Shown here in pieces: positions 9,897 through 20,756 of a stretch of DNA of 64,000 nt. The stretch is from IMG/VR virus record IMGVR_UViG_3300029661_000108. One strand, given 5' to 3'. Both the position numbers and the translations under genes were made by a program. The notes under the pieces were generated by a model that was not told the DNA's origin, ran no database searches, and saw only the letters and a list, made by a program, of their open reading frames with translations. Within the stretch, counting starts at the first letter, position 1; the number at the start of each line of letters is the position of its first letter. The stretch comes from a virus.

Positions 9897-11537
9897 ATGA
9901 AAAAGAAAAAAGAATCGATGAAAAAAAACTCAATTATCCCATTTCTCTATGGGCTCGTTTTCATTGCTATTTATATATATTTAAGATATACAGCAGTTAC
10001 TGATGGCGTTCTTATTGCTTTTCTTCTTGTAGGCTTAATTAGCTTAGCTATCATCACATATAATCAGCTCAGAACAAATGAAATGGCTCATAGAAATGAA
10101 ATTCTTACAAATGAAGCTGTTCAGTTAACCCAAACAGCTATGCATTCTCACCCCAGCAATAGGAATGCATCTATGAAGTCAGATACTGAAAATTCTACAC
10201 CTACTCTATTTAAAGTCTACTCACCAGACAATATGAAAACAAGGATGAGTGATGTGGCTGGATGTAGTGAGGTCAAAGAAGACCTTATGGAAGTTATTGA
10301 TTTCCTTAAAAATCCTCAAAAATATAATGAAATGGGTGCACACATACCTCATGGAATTCTATTTATGGGGCCTCCTGGCACAGGAAAAACAATGCTTGCA
10401 AGAGCTGTTGCTGGTGAAGCTAATGTCAAGTATATTTATTGTTCTGGCTCAGAATTTGTAGAAAAGTTTTCTGGGGTTGGGGCTGCTCGTGTCCGCGAAT
10501 TATTTGAAGAAGCTAAAAAAGCACAGGGTCCTTGTATTATCTTTATTGATGAAATTGATGCTATTGGTGGAGCTCGTAATCTTTCTGGAAATGACGCAGA
10601 AAAAGACAAAACCTTAAATCAGTTACTAGTTGAAATGGATGGATTTGAGAAATCAAATGATATCATTGTGATTGCTGCAACAAATCGTAAGGATATGCTA
10701 GATGAAGCCCTACTGCGTCCTGGGCGTTTTGATAGACAGATTCTTGTCGGATTGCCCACAAAAGAGGAACGATTAGAAATCCTAAAAGTACATTCCAAAA
10801 ACAAGAAGGTCTCTTTGGATTTGGACTTGGAAAGTATTTCAAGAAAGACTCCAGGATTTTCGGGAGCTCAGCTTGCTGCAGTCCTTAACGAGAGTGCTCT
10901 GTTCGCTGTAAGAGAAAATAAACCATTCATTACAAATGATTTCGTGGATGAAGCAATTGATAGGGTTCTTATGGGTCCATCAAAAAAGAACAGAAAATAT
11001 ATTGATATAGAAAGAAACATCGTTGCTTATCATGAAGCTGGTCATGCTGTTGTAGGATTGACTTTGGAAAATGCTATGCAGGTTGAAAAAATCACAATCA
11101 TCCCTCGAGGTGATGCTGGTGGGTATAACTTGTTTTCTGAAAAAGAAGAGCGTTTTCTTAATACAAAAAACAGTATTCTTGCTGAAATTACTGGACTTCT
11201 TGCAGGACGTGCTGCTGAAGATTTAATGTTTAATGACATTACAAATGGAGCAACAAGTGATTTGAAACAAGCAACAAACCTAGCTAGGCGATATATCTGC
11301 CAATATGGGATGAGTCAATTGGGTCTTGTGCAAATGGACGATGTTCGAAATCTTTCTCCTCGAACATCTGAAAAGGTTGATATTGAAATCAAATCAATTC
11401 TTGATGAATGCTATTTAAAGAGTAAAGATTTATTAACTATGCATAAAAACCTTTTAGATGCCATTGCCTTGGAACTTTTGGATAAAGAAACAATTGATTC
11501 AACTCAAATTCAGAAATTGGCATGTCAGTATTGCTAG
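9897..11537 (+). CDS. FtsH-like AAA+ zinc metalloprotease (shorter than canonical FtsH)
   Basis: N-terminal TM helices, Walker [11 protein letters not shown], Walker B IIFIDEID, and M41 peptidase HEAGHAV (HExxH). SD GTGGAG precedes the ATG. Confidence 0.85.
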   Translation: MKKKKESMKKNSIIPFLYGLVFIAIYIYLRYTAVTDGVLIAFLLVGLISLAIITYNQLRTNEMAHRNEILTNEAVQLTQTAMHSHPSNRNASMKSDTENSTPTLFKVYSPDNMKTRMSDVAGCSEVKEDLMEVIDFLKNPQKYNEMGAHIPHGILFMGPPGTGKTMLARAVAGEANVKYIYCSGSEFVEKFSGVGAARVRELFEEAKKAQGPCIIFIDEIDAIGGARNLSGNDAEKDKTLNQLLVEMDGFEKSNDIIVIAATNRKDMLDEALLRPGRFDRQILVGLPTKEERLEILKVHSKNKKVSLDLDLESISRKTPGFSGAQLAAVLNESALFAVRENKPFITNDFVDEAIDRVLMGPSKKNRKYIDIERNIVAYHEAGHAVVGLTLENAMQVEKITIIPRGDAGGYNLFSEKEERFLNTKNSILAEITGLLAGRAAEDLMFNDITNGATSDLKQATNLARRYICQYGMSQLGLVQMDDVRNLSPRTSEKVDIEIKSILDECYLKSKDLLTMHKNLLDAIALELLDKETIDSTQIQKLACQYC

Positions 11538-11908
11538 AAACTAATGTGACTTAGTGAAGCCTCTACAAACTATGTTTTGGCTTCTTTTTCATAAATATTT
11601 GCATTCTTCAACAAACTTTAGATTATAGAATAGAAATATAGAAAAATTTCCTAGTGATTTTATGTTTGAGTTATCACTTGAAGAAATAGATTAAATAAAA
11701 ATTATCAAGGTCACAAATTGTGACTTCACCAAATCACTTTCCGCAACACAAAATTCCTTTTTTATCAATAGCATAATATAATTTCTACTCTATGATATAA
11801 TATATATAGATTTTCTAATGGAGGTATATTTCTATAAATATAGAATAAAAACATAAACAAGGTTATAGTGATTTGCTATAGCCTCTTATTATAATTGGAG
11901 GTGGTTCA

Positions 11909-12376
11909 ATGCCCTATTTAGATATCGCTTTTACATTTGTTCTCTTAAGTATCTGTGCCTACACTGATACAAAGTTCAGAAAAATATATAACTGGATGAC
12001 TCTTCCCTTCATAGCTATTGGTATTCTTAATACACTCCTGCTCTATGGACCTAAAGAGGGATTCATGAATTGTCTTTGGCTAATTCCTGCCCTTATTCTT
12101 TGTATTATCGTATTTAAACTGCATCAGATTGGTGGAGGTGATGCAAAGCTTATTTTAAGTGTTGGGGCTCTTATGGGTCTGGAATACACTCTTATTATCC
12201 TTCTTATTTCCTTTATATTAGGCTGGTTCTATTCAATATATCAGCTTCTTAAAAAAAGAAATAATAAAAAAGGAGTCTTAAAGGGACATCAGAAGATTAT
12301 GATTCCTCTTGGAAGTATTATGCTGGTGGCTTTTGGGATTGTTGGGGGATTACAGGTATATTTGTTGTATTTATAA
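11909..12376 (+). CDS. A24-family prepilin peptidase-like membrane protein (CpaA/TadV-like)
   Basis: Polytopic membrane protein with an N-terminal Asp region (YTDTKFRKIYN) and the second catalytic motif GGGDAKL. Confidence 0.6.
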   Translation: MPYLDIAFTFVLLSICAYTDTKFRKIYNWMTLPFIAIGILNTLLLYGPKEGFMNCLWLIPALILCIIVFKLHQIGGGDAKLILSVGALMGLEYTLIILLISFILGWFYSIYQLLKKRNNKKGVLKGHQKIMIPLGSIMLVAFGIVGGLQVYLLYL

Positions 12377-12536
12377 AACCTAAAGAAGAAGTTTTTTACT
12401 TCTTCCTTTGTATACTTTTCTTATTTCAAATAACACAAACACAAAAGTATCGCCTCCTGGAATGGCATGTTTTTCGTTGCTAAAGATGAAACTAGGGTTG
12501 CAACAGTTATTTCAATGCGTAGAGGTGAAATTGCCT

Positions 12537-12650
12537 TTGGCTTGCAGGATAAAACCTGCCTTAAAAAAATGCTTGCCAAGTATCCTATTCATCGTTTTTG
12601 TAGATGTGACTATTAACGTTGTCTCAGAATTTTGGAGACATGAGCCATAA
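12537..12650 (+). CDS. small hydrophobic peptide (37 aa, TTG start), copy A of the duplicated cassette
   Basis: SD AGAGGTG nine nt upstream of TTG. Peptide ACRIKPALKKCLPSILFIVFVDVTINVVSEFWRHEP. Against copy B the differences are mostly synonymous third-position changes (agt/agc, atc/att, ttc/ttt, tta/ttg). Confidence 0.45.
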   Translation: MACRIKPALKKCLPSILFIVFVDVTINVVSEFWRHEP

Positions 12651-12654
12651 AAAG

Positions 12655-12680
12655 CAAGGGAGCAAAGGCTCCCTTTTTCC
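12655..12680 (+). terminator. intrinsic terminator of cassette A (possibly bidirectional)
   Basis: GGGAGC-aaag-GCTCCC followed by TTTTT. Confidence 0.6.
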
Positions 12681-12803
12681 TTGGCTTAATTATATTATAT
12701 AATGTTTTTGTTTTTTATTTATTTTTGATTGTGATTTGAAATTATCTATCTTGTAGCTTAAACTCAAGATAATAAAAAAGAGAACCCTCTCAGATTCCCT
12801 CAA

Positions 12804-13646
12804 TTAACATTTTACAAACTCGTTAAATACTCTTGTCCCCTCTTCATTTCCTAGATGATTTTTCAAACAGTCAAGCAGGTCCATTTTACTTTGATAAGCT
12901 TCAACTACATAATCACTAATAGATAATTTTTCCGCCTTTTCTTTTAACTTCCGACTTGGATACAGTCTTTTATTATTTGAATAATTTTCGAAACATTTTA
13001 GTGCCTTTTTATATTCCTTCAACTTATTTATTTGTTTTCCGTTTATTAAAAATTGAAATTCTCTATTAAATATATCCCATTTCAAATTCAATATATCATT
13101 ACGAATCTCTTCATGTCTAAGTAATATTAACTTATCATAGTTAAGCTGACCTAGTAATTGGCATAGCTCATTCTCATTTCTTATATACACTAGCATGTCC
13201 AAATCTATAAATTTTTCCAATCTCTTTATTAAGAGTGGTTCTTTTTGATAATCAGTAAGTATTTGACTAATAGATACATTAGGTATGCAGTCAATGTTGA
13301 TGCTATAATCACCTTTTAATATGTTTATGGCATCAACATATCCTTTATCTTTCGATACAATATAATACTCTTTGTTTTCTTTATATTTTAAAACCATCTT
13401 TGTTAGCTCAACAACAATACAAAAATCTAGTGAGTTCTTCTTTTGTTTACTGGCTGTATGTGTATAAAGCCCTATATTTCTATGATTCATCAATGTATTC
13501 ACACTATTAAAATCTATTTTTGCATTATTATTGCAAAAATAATAATAGTACGCATTTTTATCAATTGGAAAAGGCAATTCAAAACCTACATTTTCACAAT
13601 CAATAAAATAAACTTTCTTATATTTCTTGAATTTATTATTAAACAT
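12804..13646 (-). CDS. NYN-domain (LabA-like/PIN-like) putative nuclease with a C-terminal helical extension
   Basis: N-terminal KVYFIDCENV, then ...DFCIVVELTKM... and YYIVSKDKGYVDAINIL, matching the NYN pattern (vfiDgeNv / ivlvSgDsD). Confidence 0.55.
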   Translation of the reverse strand: MFNNKFKKYKKVYFIDCENVGFELPFPIDKNAYYYYFCNNNAKIDFNSVNTLMNHRNIGLYTHTASKQKKNSLDFCIVVELTKMVLKYKENKEYYIVSKDKGYVDAINILKGDYSINIDCIPNVSISQILTDYQKEPLLIKRLEKFIDLDMLVYIRNENELCQLLGQLNYDKLILLRHEEIRNDILNLKWDIFNREFQFLINGKQINKLKEYKKALKCFENYSNNKRLYPSRKLKEKAEKLSISDYVVEAYQSKMDLLDCLKNHLGNEEGTRVFNEFVKC

Positions 13647-13717
13647 TTACACCCTTCTTTCCATTTAAATTGCCAATTTTGGGGGCATTTCACTGCTCGT
13701 CCACACCTTGACAATGA

Positions 13718-14290
13718 TTACTTTTTATGCTCTATCCCATTTAAATTCTCTAGCTTTTTTTTCATTAGCAAAGCTGTATTATATGCATCATAAGAAGCAT
13801 GATGTTCAGTCCCCTTAAACTCTCCAAATTCCTTTTCAACAATCTGCATAAGTGATGGCAACTGCTGAAAGTTTTCCTGTTCCATGATATAGGATTGAAG
13901 GTCAATAAATGTCATCTCATTAAATTCCTTCTCGAATCCATTATCCTTACAGTTCACTCTTAAAACTGCTGAATCTCTAGGCCCCCATGATACATATAAA
14001 GTCTCTAAATTATCCTTATGAATCCATTTCAGGAATTCTTTAAAAACTTCACTAAAATTTATTGATGATAGTATTTCATCTCTTGAAACTCCTGTTAAGG
14101 ACAAGATAGAATTGGAAGGAATGTTATGAGGTTTAATGATTCTTCTGAATTTATCTCCTTCAATAATTCTTTCTCCATATCTTGTTGTATATATTTTCTT
14201 AGCTGCTAATTCAAATATTTCTGTCTTATTCCTTTCTTTTGAAAATTCTAAATCAATAACGATATATTGCCCAGCATAATCATAATTCAT
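13718..14290 (-). CDS. DEDD-family 3'-5' exonuclease (DnaQ/KapD-like)
   Basis: Exo I VIDLEF (DxE) and Exo III HHASYDAYNTALL (H-x4-D). Confidence 0.65.
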   Translation of the reverse strand: MNYDYAGQYIVIDLEFSKERNKTEIFELAAKKIYTTRYGERIIEGDKFRRIIKPHNIPSNSILSLTGVSRDEILSSINFSEVFKEFLKWIHKDNLETLYVSWGPRDSAVLRVNCKDNGFEKEFNEMTFIDLQSYIMEQENFQQLPSLMQIVEKEFGEFKGTEHHASYDAYNTALLMKKKLENLNGIEHKK

Positions 14291-14430
14291 TAATGGTTTT
14301 CTCTCCTTTCATTCTCCAAATAAAAAGAATCTACAATTGCTATGTAGATTCTTTTGTTTCGTATATATTACCCTTATATTTTACCACATATCAAAGGATA
14401 TGTACTATGTTCTTTTGAATCTCAATCAAT

Positions 14431-16620
14431 TTATAATCTTAGCATTTTTTTAAACACCTTAAACATTTCATTTGGCAAATTCTGCGGATTCTTAACACAT
14501 ACAGAGTTTTCATAAATTTGTCTAATTGAATCAAAATCAAAATTACCTAAACCAATGCCAACTGAATGGACTCGATAATGTTTTTTGAAAGTATTCATGA
14601 TTTTCTGCATATCTTCAATAGCAGATTTTCCACCATAATCATATGCGCATGGTTCGCCATCTGAAAGTATAAAGAAATAAAGGTCTTCATCAGGTTGAGA
14701 TGATTTTACCAACTCCCTTAAAGAATGAAATATAGCCAACCCATCTCGGTTATTGTCATGAGCTTTAATATGAAAGAGATTATCGAGGGTCTGAAGTTTT
14801 CGACAGTTTTGGAAAGATATATATTTCCTTATTCTAAATACTTCTGAAGAAAAATCTTCATCATGTCCATATACAGCAAATGGGATTTTCAGCTTTTGAG
14901 CAGCCTTTGCTACCATCCAGCAGCCAACGATTGCATTTTCCATTTTAGAACCTCTCATACTTCCTGATTCATCTACTAAAATGATGAATCGGACTTTTTT
15001 CTTCTCTCCAGACGTTTCCTTCTTAAAAACCTGCAAATCAGTTTTTATTCTATAAAGTCCACTCATATCTATGCTTCCTTCAAATCTGCCCTTTGATATA
15101 TCATCCTGACTTCTGTGCATAAGTATCTTTTTCATTTTTTTAGATAATTCATTCACAGACGATGATAATTCATCTTTCTTTATCATTTTTAATGCTTCTT
15201 TTCCCTCTGATGTATATTCTTCTTTCATAGAAAGAGAATCCTCCAAATCAATCATAGATACAGAAACGCTATGATGACACGCTGTCTCGCCTGCTCTTTC
15301 ATCTTCATCAGATGTAATAGAGGCTTTCTCTGCTCTATCTTTAGTCTTCTCGAAAGTTTTTGATGCTCCATCTAAAGCTTCACTCATCGAATTGATGGCT
15401 TCATCTTCTAATTCCTTTGCTGTTGGTTTTGTTCTTTCTGGAGCAGCTGATTCATCTGACTTTGAATCAGCTTCATCTTTCAGACTCTCTTTACCAAGTT
15501 CTTTTGCAGATTCTTCCATTTCCTTTTTTAAATCTTCAGGTAATCCTAAATCATATTTACTTGGAGCTGAAGATTTCATTTTAGCACCACCTCTCGCAGT
15601 GCCTCCTCCGCCCATGCTTTTGACTACTTCTGAATCAACTGAACCTGTACTTTTACTATGACTTTCTGCCTCTTTTGCCATTTTTTCCATCATCTCTTTG
15701 GCATGGTCAATATTATAAAGGTATTCATTTGTAAGATTATCTGCTATTTTATCAAGTAGTGGCTGACAAAGATTCAGTAATGCTTTGGCAGTTGCTGCTC
15801 TTTCATAGGTTGTTGGTGCTTCAAATCTTGCATATAAAGCAAGATTCTTAATCTTTTCAATATCATCATCTTCAAACAATGCATTCAATACCTGTATATC
15901 AAAATGTTTTCGATATCCAACATGTCCAAAAGCCTGTGCTTCAAAAAGCACAGCTCTTAGAGTATTGTCATCCCAATTATCCATGTCAAGGCATACATAA
16001 CCTGATTCAATGGCCTGTCTGAAAAGTTCTTTCTGCTTATCATGTCCTATATCCCTTAAAAATGTTAGGCATCCATTTTCTTCCCTTCCTTTTTCACACA
16101 TACATCTATCTACAGATAAGTCTTCATATATGTTATTGACCTCTGGCATATTAACTTTAAAAACAAAGTCTCCTACCTTTTCTCTGACAAAAGGAATTAA
16201 ATCTGCCTTATCTTCTTCCTTGGCAGAATGATAATCATTTGCTGCTTTTTCTACTTCTTTTTTAGCATCACAAAAGTCTTGGTGAAGCTGACCAATTATA
16301 TTAAAGTCTGAATAAAGCAAATGCCCAGACTCATGGTAGATGAGGGCTTTTGCAATGATATGATAATGAGATGTATCAAAGGCTTTATCTTCATAAGTCC
16401 ACAAATCTATATTCATAATAGGATTGCCATCTTTATCAAAACTTGTAAAACTGCTCCCAACCTTATCCATATAAAAGTTTAAGTTCATTCTTTTGGAAAC
16501 TATCTGAGCCAAACTCTTGAAAGAATCTTTGTACCCCTTGCTGGAAAGTAATTCTATCCCTGTTAAAATTCTTTTTTTACTTTTCTTTCCCAATAGTGAT
16601 TTCTTTGTTGGTTTCTTCAT
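14431..16620 (-). CDS. von Willebrand factor A domain protein (CobT-like), with an N-terminal HExxH motif and an acidic linker
   Basis: C-terminal vWA MIDAS ILVDESGSMRG. HESGH in the N-terminal region. Long E/K/S-rich low-complexity middle. Confidence 0.75.
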   Translation of the reverse strand: MKKPTKKSLLGKKSKKRILTGIELLSSKGYKDSFKSLAQIVSKRMNLNFYMDKVGSSFTSFDKDGNPIMNIDLWTYEDKAFDTSHYHIIAKALIYHESGHLLYSDFNIIGQLHQDFCDAKKEVEKAANDYHSAKEEDKADLIPFVREKVGDFVFKVNMPEVNNIYEDLSVDRCMCEKGREENGCLTFLRDIGHDKQKELFRQAIESGYVCLDMDNWDDNTLRAVLFEAQAFGHVGYRKHFDIQVLNALFEDDDIEKIKNLALYARFEAPTTYERAATAKALLNLCQPLLDKIADNLTNEYLYNIDHAKEMMEKMAKEAESHSKSTGSVDSEVVKSMGGGGTARGGAKMKSSAPSKYDLGLPEDLKKEMEESAKELGKESLKDEADSKSDESAAPERTKPTAKELEDEAINSMSEALDGASKTFEKTKDRAEKASITSDEDERAGETACHHSVSVSMIDLEDSLSMKEEYTSEGKEALKMIKKDELSSSVNELSKKMKKILMHRSQDDISKGRFEGSIDMSGLYRIKTDLQVFKKETSGEKKKVRFIILVDESGSMRGSKMENAIVGCWMVAKAAQKLKIPFAVYGHDEDFSSEVFRIRKYISFQNCRKLQTLDNLFHIKAHDNNRDGLAIFHSLRELVKSSQPDEDLYFFILSDGEPCAYDYGGKSAIEDMQKIMNTFKKHYRVHSVGIGLGNFDFDSIRQIYENSVCVKNPQNLPNEMFKVFKKMLRL

Positions 16621-16659
16621 AATTTCTCCTTTATATTGAAAGGGATGAAAAAATCATCC

Positions 16660-18456
16660 CTAAACTAATTCTATTGTTTCAAATTCATATTCTTTTCTGG
16701 GCATTTTAGGTTTAACGCCTGCAAATGTATTCATAATCTCATTATAAGCATAATCAATCACAGGGTCTCCTGTTGCAGTAAAGTCTTCTGGTTTATTTGA
16801 CCCCTTTACTCTATCAACTTCTTTTGATAGAGGGGCAAGTACTGTTGTAAAAGCGGCCCTTACTGGATTGTCAATATCCTTAATCTTTTTAGCCCAAGAT
16901 AGACAATTACGTAAGTCAATATTTTGTGTTGTTTCATCTCCATCATCTCTAATTTGTGTCTTGATATTATTCTTGCATTTAATAATCTTAGAAGCTAAAT
17001 CTCTATCAATACCCGTAGAGTTAACTATGATATTTGTTTCTGTCATCTCATCATACCCTGATAAATTATGCCACTCATCAACACGTGAAATATGAGACAA
17101 ATTATCTTCTTTTGTTCCTTCATACCCTATATTCATAGCTTCACAATATCTAAAATTATCATGAGCGATGATTGTTTCTCCAGTTTGAGGAATTGTATAC
17201 ATTCTTGTATCATCAAGCACATTATTTGTTGCTGAAACAACGCCTGCATTCACCATGTTTCTTTCATCAAAGAAAAAGATTCCACCATATCTCATAATTC
17301 TTGTCAATGGACCTTCACAAAATTCTGTTGTACCATCCTTAATTGTCATATATCCATATAAGTGAGATGTTTCTGTATCACTATTTCCTGTCAGAATCAT
17401 GAAAGGCAATTTTAACGCCCCTGCCATCATTTTAACGAATGTTGTTTTCCCTGATGCAGATGGACCATAGAATCCCATTTTCCAGATATTTCCGTTTTTA
17501 AAGCTTTGAATTGATTCCCATAACTCATCTGTTATTGACTCCTTATTTTTTTCAAATAAGTCCATAGCAATTTGACGAGTTCTTTGTAAATCAAGTGGTA
17601 ATTTCTTTGCTTCTGCATCAGACATTAATGAATAGTCTCTTTCAGAATATGGTACAAATACAGTTGCTGCTTTAGCCTCTTTTCCTTTTTTACTCTTTCT
17701 TTTAATAGTTGGAGCATGAATTTCCTTAACTACTTCATCCCCAATATCAAGAGATAAATCATATACATTATTGTGCATTGCAACTAAAGGAAGAATATTA
17801 TATTGGATATAAGGGGCATATTCTTCATCAATGAGTTCATCATTGTCAATCTCCTTGAAATTAAATCCATCAAATGTTTTAGCAGTAAAATATAGCGAAT
17901 CACATAAAGGCAAAAATTTCTCTGCTTCTGATGATTCGACTAAAGTTCCTGCAGTTATAGAATCATATTTTTCCTTAGGAAGATTTTTAAATTCACACAA
18001 ATATGAGAAAACTTCTCTTGCTTCATCACTTGCTTTATTTCCCTTTTTCACAAACTCTAATAAATCATATCCCAAAATCAATCTATAAAAGAGATGTGAA
18101 TAGATATTTGTAGCATAAATCATTTTATCTGCTGGAATGACTACGAATGTTTCAATAGGATTTTTCGTACCCCCAGTGAATTTACATAAAAGAAATTCCT
18201 TTTTATCCTTTTTTCCCCACGCCATAATTGTGTTTTCATCAACAATTTGCGAATCAATTACTGCTTTAGCAATTTTACTTGATAGCCTTGATACGATTTT
18301 TCCACTTGATGGTGAAGGTGTTGTATTTTTAATTGAATAAAAATGCTCATCCTCCTTGTTTGCTGTAAATTGAGTGTTTGGAATTAAACTTCCTGCATCC
18401 GTTGAAGAAAATGCCATCCTAGATGCTTGATAAATCGTTTTTTTAATTGCTGCCAT
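16660..18456 (-). CDS. AAA_5-type ATPase (MoxR/CobS-like)
   Basis: Walker A GPSASGKTT, Walker B IFFFDERN; dynein-related AAA core in the C-terminal half. Confidence 0.75.
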   Translation of the reverse strand: MAAIKKTIYQASRMAFSSTDAGSLIPNTQFTANKEDEHFYSIKNTTPSPSSGKIVSRLSSKIAKAVIDSQIVDENTIMAWGKKDKKEFLLCKFTGGTKNPIETFVVIPADKMIYATNIYSHLFYRLILGYDLLEFVKKGNKASDEAREVFSYLCEFKNLPKEKYDSITAGTLVESSEAEKFLPLCDSLYFTAKTFDGFNFKEIDNDELIDEEYAPYIQYNILPLVAMHNNVYDLSLDIGDEVVKEIHAPTIKRKSKKGKEAKAATVFVPYSERDYSLMSDAEAKKLPLDLQRTRQIAMDLFEKNKESITDELWESIQSFKNGNIWKMGFYGPSASGKTTFVKMMAGALKLPFMILTGNSDTETSHLYGYMTIKDGTTEFCEGPLTRIMRYGGIFFFDERNMVNAGVVSATNNVLDDTRMYTIPQTGETIIAHDNFRYCEAMNIGYEGTKEDNLSHISRVDEWHNLSGYDEMTETNIIVNSTGIDRDLASKIIKCKNNIKTQIRDDGDETTQNIDLRNCLSWAKKIKDIDNPVRAAFTTVLAPLSKEVDRVKGSNKPEDFTATGDPVIDYAYNEIMNTFAGVKPKMPRKEYEFETIELV

Positions 18457-18632
18457 AAATTTTCTCCTTTCTTTTCTGCTCTTTTTATCTGATATCTTTT
18501 TTCTCTCATACGTATTGTCTCCATGACTTTTGTCAAAAGAAAAAAGACTTTCTCTCTGTAGACACAGATAAAAAGTCGTTTAATAATACATATATATTTT
18601 ATCATAAATCATTTGATTTGTGATAAGTCTTT

Positions 18633-18989
18633 TTATTCTATAGAGGATTTTGAATGCTTTTGAAACATCTTTTCAAACTCCTCTCTCTTCCGATGAAGAT
18701 TTTCCTCGTCTAGCTGTTTCCATAACTCTTTTTCCTTTGAAATGCGTTCATATGCATCATTTAAAAAAAGTGCATCTGGAGACATTCCAAAATAGCGTGA
18801 GATAAGATAAGCATCATTATATGAGAGTTCATTTAACCCTCTTTCTAACGCACTCACATATTGAGGTGTTTTTCCTATAACTTTTGCAACATCAGCCTGT
18901 GTAATATTTAACCTTTTTCGCGTTTTTCTATAATGATTTAATCTTCTGCATTCCTGTAAATTCATAACTTCCCCTCCACTATCTAACAA
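18633..18989 (-). CDS. XRE-family helix-turn-helix transcriptional regulator
   Basis: HTH LNITQADVAKVIGKTPQYVSALERG. Confidence 0.7.
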   Translation of the reverse strand: MLDSGGEVMNLQECRRLNHYRKTRKRLNITQADVAKVIGKTPQYVSALERGLNELSYNDAYLISRYFGMSPDALFLNDAYERISKEKELWKQLDEENLHRKREEFEKMFQKHSKSSIE

Positions 18990-19279
18990 AATTCTATATT
19001 TGTCATTTTATGATATAATAAATATGTACCTTTAGTACGAATTGTTTTTTTGTGATTCATATGGACTTTCCCTCCCTTTTATTGAGGATAGAAATAACAT
19101 ATCAGCTTATTTTATCCTACTAGAGTTTATATCCAATCACAAGACCTATACAAATGAGTTATCTCCCTAACAAGTTTGTATATCATGTCATTGATTTGAC
19201 TTTGAAAGTAATTGATTTTAAGAGACAGCATATAATATGTCTCGTCCGAAGCCCCTCATCTAGGGGCCCTTTTTTATAT

Positions 19280-19975
19280 CTATATATTGACATTCGTATC
19301 TACATTCTCATTAAAATCAATCATATTTCCACTCACTGCATTATAAAATTCCTCATTTTCATCAAAAGGTATAAACCATTGCTGTTTCTTATCATCATAA
19401 TAAAACTCAACAATAAATGTTTTCTGATAATTTCTTTTTATTGTATGGACTGCGGATTTAATCTTTTCAATATTACGAGTTAAAAATTCCTCATGATTAT
19501 AATTTATATCTATCTGTGTATCATCGTTCACAAGCTGCTCGATAATCTTATCTAATATCTCTAAATTATTATATGTCGTTACAGTTATCTTTGCTTTGGA
19601 ATAAGGAATATGACTTGACCAGTTATCAACTGTCATTGTCTGTATTTGATAAGAAACATTCCCGTATATATGTTCTTCTATTATATTGTGAATATCCTGA
19701 TTATTTTCAAATCCTGTCTCAATAATAAACCTTTCTGGAGTGGTTTGAGAAATCTCTGCAATTTCTTCAATGTTTTTACTGTTCCATGCTATAAATAGCG
19801 ATTCTACTTTAGCCTGAATTTGAATCCGCTGCCTATAATTATCTTTTAGCACTCCTATAACCAATAGCAAAGCGAAGCACATGAAAACAGACATTAGCAT
19901 TTTTGCTATTTTTCTATAATTAAATAATCCCCATAAAATGAATGATTTTATCTTTAGTCTTAATCTTCTTATCAT
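19280..19975 (-). CDS. membrane-anchored hypothetical protein (231 aa)
   Basis: Single N-terminal TM segment (CFALLLVIGVL). Confidence 0.4.
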   Translation of the reverse strand: MIRRLRLKIKSFILWGLFNYRKIAKMLMSVFMCFALLLVIGVLKDNYRQRIQIQAKVESLFIAWNSKNIEEIAEISQTTPERFIIETGFENNQDIHNIIEEHIYGNVSYQIQTMTVDNWSSHIPYSKAKITVTTYNNLEILDKIIEQLVNDDTQIDINYNHEEFLTRNIEKIKSAVHTIKRNYQKTFIVEFYYDDKKQQWFIPFDENEEFYNAVSGNMIDFNENVDTNVNI

Positions 19976-20177
19976 TTGTCACCTCTCTTATTTCCTTTTT
20001 ATTATATCACTATAATCGTTTTTCTATATTATACAAATTATAATTATCATTTTTTAGCATTTATACAAATTGTGATATAATATAAGTGTCTTTTTAATAC
20101 GAATTTAATTATTATAATTACTTTCAAAACGTAAGTCCTAGTTATCCATAAATCTAGGCAGAAGGGAGAAAAATTTT

Positions 20178-20702
20178 ATGGAACAATTTATTTTATTATC
20201 AGTTTATTCAGAGTATGAAAAAACATCAGAAATGATAGCTAATACTCAAAGATTTATACCTTTTATTGCGCTTGCATTTATATTCTTTATAATTGTACTA
20301 GTTATTGTTGGAATTTGTACTGCCTTTTTTAGCTATAAGGAGCTAACTGTTAAAAGAAAAACAGAGCAAGCAAAAATTAGTGCAGAATTATTGAAAGCGA
20401 AATCAACTTTATTAGCTGCTCAAGCACAGTTTGCTCATGCTCAGCAAAAAGATGTTGATAGTGTAACTGCAACTGCTTTAAGAACTGCTTTTGCTAAGAT
20501 TAAAAGTCCTGAGGATGTTTTATCTGTTGTCGATTCAGCTGAACATCAGGCTCATTCTCAACTTTTAAAATCACCTCTTTTTGATGATGATTTCACTATT
20601 GAGTCTGAAGCAGACCTTAATCATTTTCTTGACCGCATGGCAGAAGATTTAACTTCTGGTTTACAATCTCAAGATGTAACTGATACTATTCCCGTAGAGT
20701 AG
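20178..20702 (+). CDS. membrane hypothetical protein (174 aa)
   Basis: N-terminal TM (FIALAFIFFIIVLVIVGI) followed by an Ala/Gln-rich helical region. Confidence 0.4.
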   Translation: MEQFILLSVYSEYEKTSEMIANTQRFIPFIALAFIFFIIVLVIVGICTAFFSYKELTVKRKTEQAKISAELLKAKSTLLAAQAQFAHAQQKDVDSVTATALRTAFAKIKSPEDVLSVVDSAEHQAHSQLLKSPLFDDDFTIESEADLNHFLDRMAEDLTSGLQSQDVTDTIPVE

Positions 20703-20756
20703 GAATTCAAAATTCTGTAGCATTTGCTACAGTTTTTTTGTGCATTATTTTATAAA

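Noticed and set aside
5872-11239. Short antisense ORFs inside topB, the metallophosphoesterase, FtsH-like and vWA/AAA genes (e.g. 5872..6054, 6828..7028, 8808..9131, 10619..10804, 11042..11239, 15392..15661, 16010..16231, 17831..18088)
   Set aside because: They are embedded in the opposite strand of strongly supported long genes and are typical shadow ORFs.
12408-12650. The full 80-aa ORF-track frame 12408..12650 as the gene for the small peptide
   Set aside because: Only the last 37 codons are conserved with copy B. An in-frame stop exists in copy B at the equivalent upstream position. The SD-supported TTG start (12537) is preferred.
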